DNA from: Jimgerdemannia flammicorona
Taxonomy: Eukaryota
Assembly (NCBI GenBank): GCA_003990765.1
Contig: RBNJ01000025.1
Location: forward strand, 1 to 50,901
Direction: 5' to 3'
Length of the DNA stretch: 50,901 nucleotides
Position numbers and translations under genes: made by a program. The notes under the pieces are model-generated. The model ran no database searches. It was not told the DNA's origin and worked only from the letters and a program-made list of their open reading frames with translations. Each line of letters opens with the position of its first letter. Within the stretch, counting starts at the first letter, position 1. This document shows positions 48,369 through 50,901 of the stretch, piece by piece.

Positions 48369-49996
48369 GTTTGTAAAAGCAGGAGAAATAAAGGGGGTTC
48401 GCTTTGGGATGATGAGGTGGTGGTATGTTTTTAATTGTGGCGCAATGATCCGTGACGTCGATCAAGTATCCAACCCGTTCAGCGACCCTGCCCTACGACA
48501 TGCCATCGGGTCCTTTCAACATCGAGTAAAGGCGCGGAATCGCCATAACACTAGATCTTAGACAAGATTTACATCCACAAATTCTGTATGCAAGTTATGC
48601 ATAGCTTGCGCTATAAATCATCAGCGACTTGGTGTATTTTCCAATCGTTCAGCAAAGGTCGCTGTTGGTAATACATGTGTCAGCCTAGCAATGGCTGTAC
48701 TCACAGAAAACTCGCATAATTGCGTGTATACTCGTTTCTATCTCTCAACAAACCACACTATAAATTTGTAGTGGTACAGTCCACAACAGAATTTTGCACG
48801 AACAACCAAATGAAATTCAAATGTTATACCATTTCTTTGGCAATATTGGCCCATGCCGCTGCAACGTAATCGCGCTTGAACCACGCGGTCGAGCATTGAT
48901 TTATCACCGCCGCATTCTTTGCTCCTTGTGTCTAGTTGCTGATATCAGCGATTCTGTGGCTTAATTGCGCGAAGCTTGTACTAGTTTACCACCATGATTC
49001 AGTAACGACACCAAGCCGATCGGCCACAGAAAACAATCCCCATGAATCCCTTCCACGGCTAATTATCGTGGGAGTCGGTAAACTATTTGACTTGTCAGCA
49101 CACTGAACAATACGTCTATACTATTGTTCAAAAGCAGTCATCATACTCGATTTATTCAATCTCTACCACCTTGCAGGTTGAACCAAGCATTGAATTGGAT
49201 GGAGGATAATGCTAATAATCAAATGCCGTCGTGTTGTTGGAGAAGCCACAAGCCAATTGTAACGACGTCCGAAACAAGCCGATCGGCCGCGTAAAAAACC
49301 GCAAAATCTCGTATCTCCATGGCCAGGTAGCAATACAGATGCAATTTGTGCGAGTATACATTCTCGAAGTAAAGTGAGAAGAATGCTTTTTTGTCCAAAT
49401 TTAGGTGGCGATGACCTCACCCTCCTAGGGGCTGCCGCAGACTCCACCAAAATCAGTTCAGTTCACGGTTCATACACCACTCGATTTTGCAACGGAAATT
49501 AGAAACTGTTGTGATAAGTTCAGATCCGAAATCGTCGCCTTTGGTTTATGTGATAAACGTCTGTATTTACTCTCTGTAAAATGCATTAGCAGATGAATTG
49601 TCTAGCGAAATGTAGATGAACCGTCGACCAAACGCATGTTTGACATGCGGAGAAATGATACTTCTTTAAAGTCGTAAGCCTACTTTCAAGCTATCTAACC
49701 CGATTTCATCATGTATGGTAATGACGAGATGGAGTTAAGGGTGGACACACTACCCTTACCGAGTGGAGACTTCTCCCACTTTTTCTGTTCCAGTGCTCTT
49801 TATTTTATTTTATTTTTATTTTTCCAATAAATTCAACGCTCCCGCTTCCTTCCGTTGTTTCTTTAAAGGGTGTGAAAGAGCAATTAGACATGGTTGATGT
49901 ACAAGAAGGTTAAATGAAACACTGGACAGGGACAGGAAAATGTATCACCCTCTATTGAAAAAAATAAATAAACAGGGGCAAACAAAATTAATACAC

Positions 49997-50335
49997 TCAC
50001 AAGCGACCCTTCCCATCCTCAACGTTTAAATGACCTATCACCACTACCACCAGCCTGCTTGGCCGCCCAAAACTTGCACCGGATGCTTTCAGCCAACAAG
50101 CTTTCCATGTATCGAAATCAGTCTGCCGATTCCAATATAAATTATCATATGTAAAGAAATTCAGGGACCTTACCATCGCTCGACATTCGCCTGCCACCAT
50201 CATACGCGCGAACCATTTCAATGTTGAACCAGAGTTCCTGTAATATTTCAGCATCGAAAGATAAATTAGATCGTGCGCTTGGAATTGTGTGTATTTCTGC
50301 TCATTGCAACTCGCTTCGTTTATTATCTTTTCCAA
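49997..50335 (-). other. Possible coding fragment of unknown family
   Basis: 112-codon open frame with protein-like composition; the upstream sequence is interrupted and no motif was recognised. Confidence 0.3.
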
Positions 50336-50901
50336 AACTCAATGTGCTCATCTCTTTCATGTAACGTACCGACAGCATCGTAATGTCCCTCATCCGAACG
50401 ACCTCAAAGCAGATACTACATTTAGAACGCGCCTCTGATCTCTGTGATAGGGTTCGTTTTAGATCGTGAAGAGCAGCGAGGATATTAACGACGATTTTGA
50501 GATCGGTTTATGGACTTTATTGTGATAGCATATTAATACTATTCAGCGGGGCATGGAAAATGGAAAAAATAGAACCAAAAAGATCAAAGTTTTGCATATT
50601 GTCGAGGTGCGAAAAGGAAGCACATCGCCATCACTGAGTAGTGCCAGCCTCACAAAGCCGTGATCTCACCACCTCCAATATTTCCCAAAATTAGCTGTAT
50701 TCCCGCGACCCCTACTTTTTTCCACCACCTCACCTCTAATGGCCGCCAAACCTCATTCACCTCACAACTCTCCTCAGCATTGCTTCATGGTCCAACCTCC
50801 CAATGATAAATACGTGACATCTGCGCAGAGCGGATTTGAACTTGAAGCTCGGGTTCTCCAACGAGGACAATGGCACCGCTTACCAGAGCTGGGGGGTGGG
50901 G

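Overview
Eukaryotic, intron-rich fungal DNA. The expanded TKL-like kinase type and RI-like LRR repeats suggest an early-diverging lineage such as Mucoromycota; this assignment is inference. The centrepiece is a minus-strand gene (about 34251 to 28136) that the ORF track misses. It has 29 consecutive phase-1 exons, almost all 84 nt, each encoding one 28-aa ribonuclease-inhibitor/NLRC3-type leucine-rich repeat, spliced in frame to an intact C-terminal protein kinase (about 1189 aa, no signal peptide or TM segment). It is flanked by two extremely AT-rich hypermutated islands, one a recognisable Ty3/gypsy relic, and a decayed orphan array of the same LRR exons lies 20 kb away. The left half of the window is a rearranged mosaic. 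A ~4.7-5 kb inverted duplication carries a divergent gene pair: a TM/coiled-coil 'gene X' and a Cys-rich 'gene Y'. Inside it, a ~4.9 kb tandem duplication carries a catalytically degenerate histidyl-tRNA synthetase fused in frame to gene X. A LINE 3' end, short solo-LTR-like elements and other gene relics are also present. The right part holds an SGNH hydrolase, a secreted alkaline-phosphatase-superfamily enzyme and a disrupted BTB-SPRY gene.
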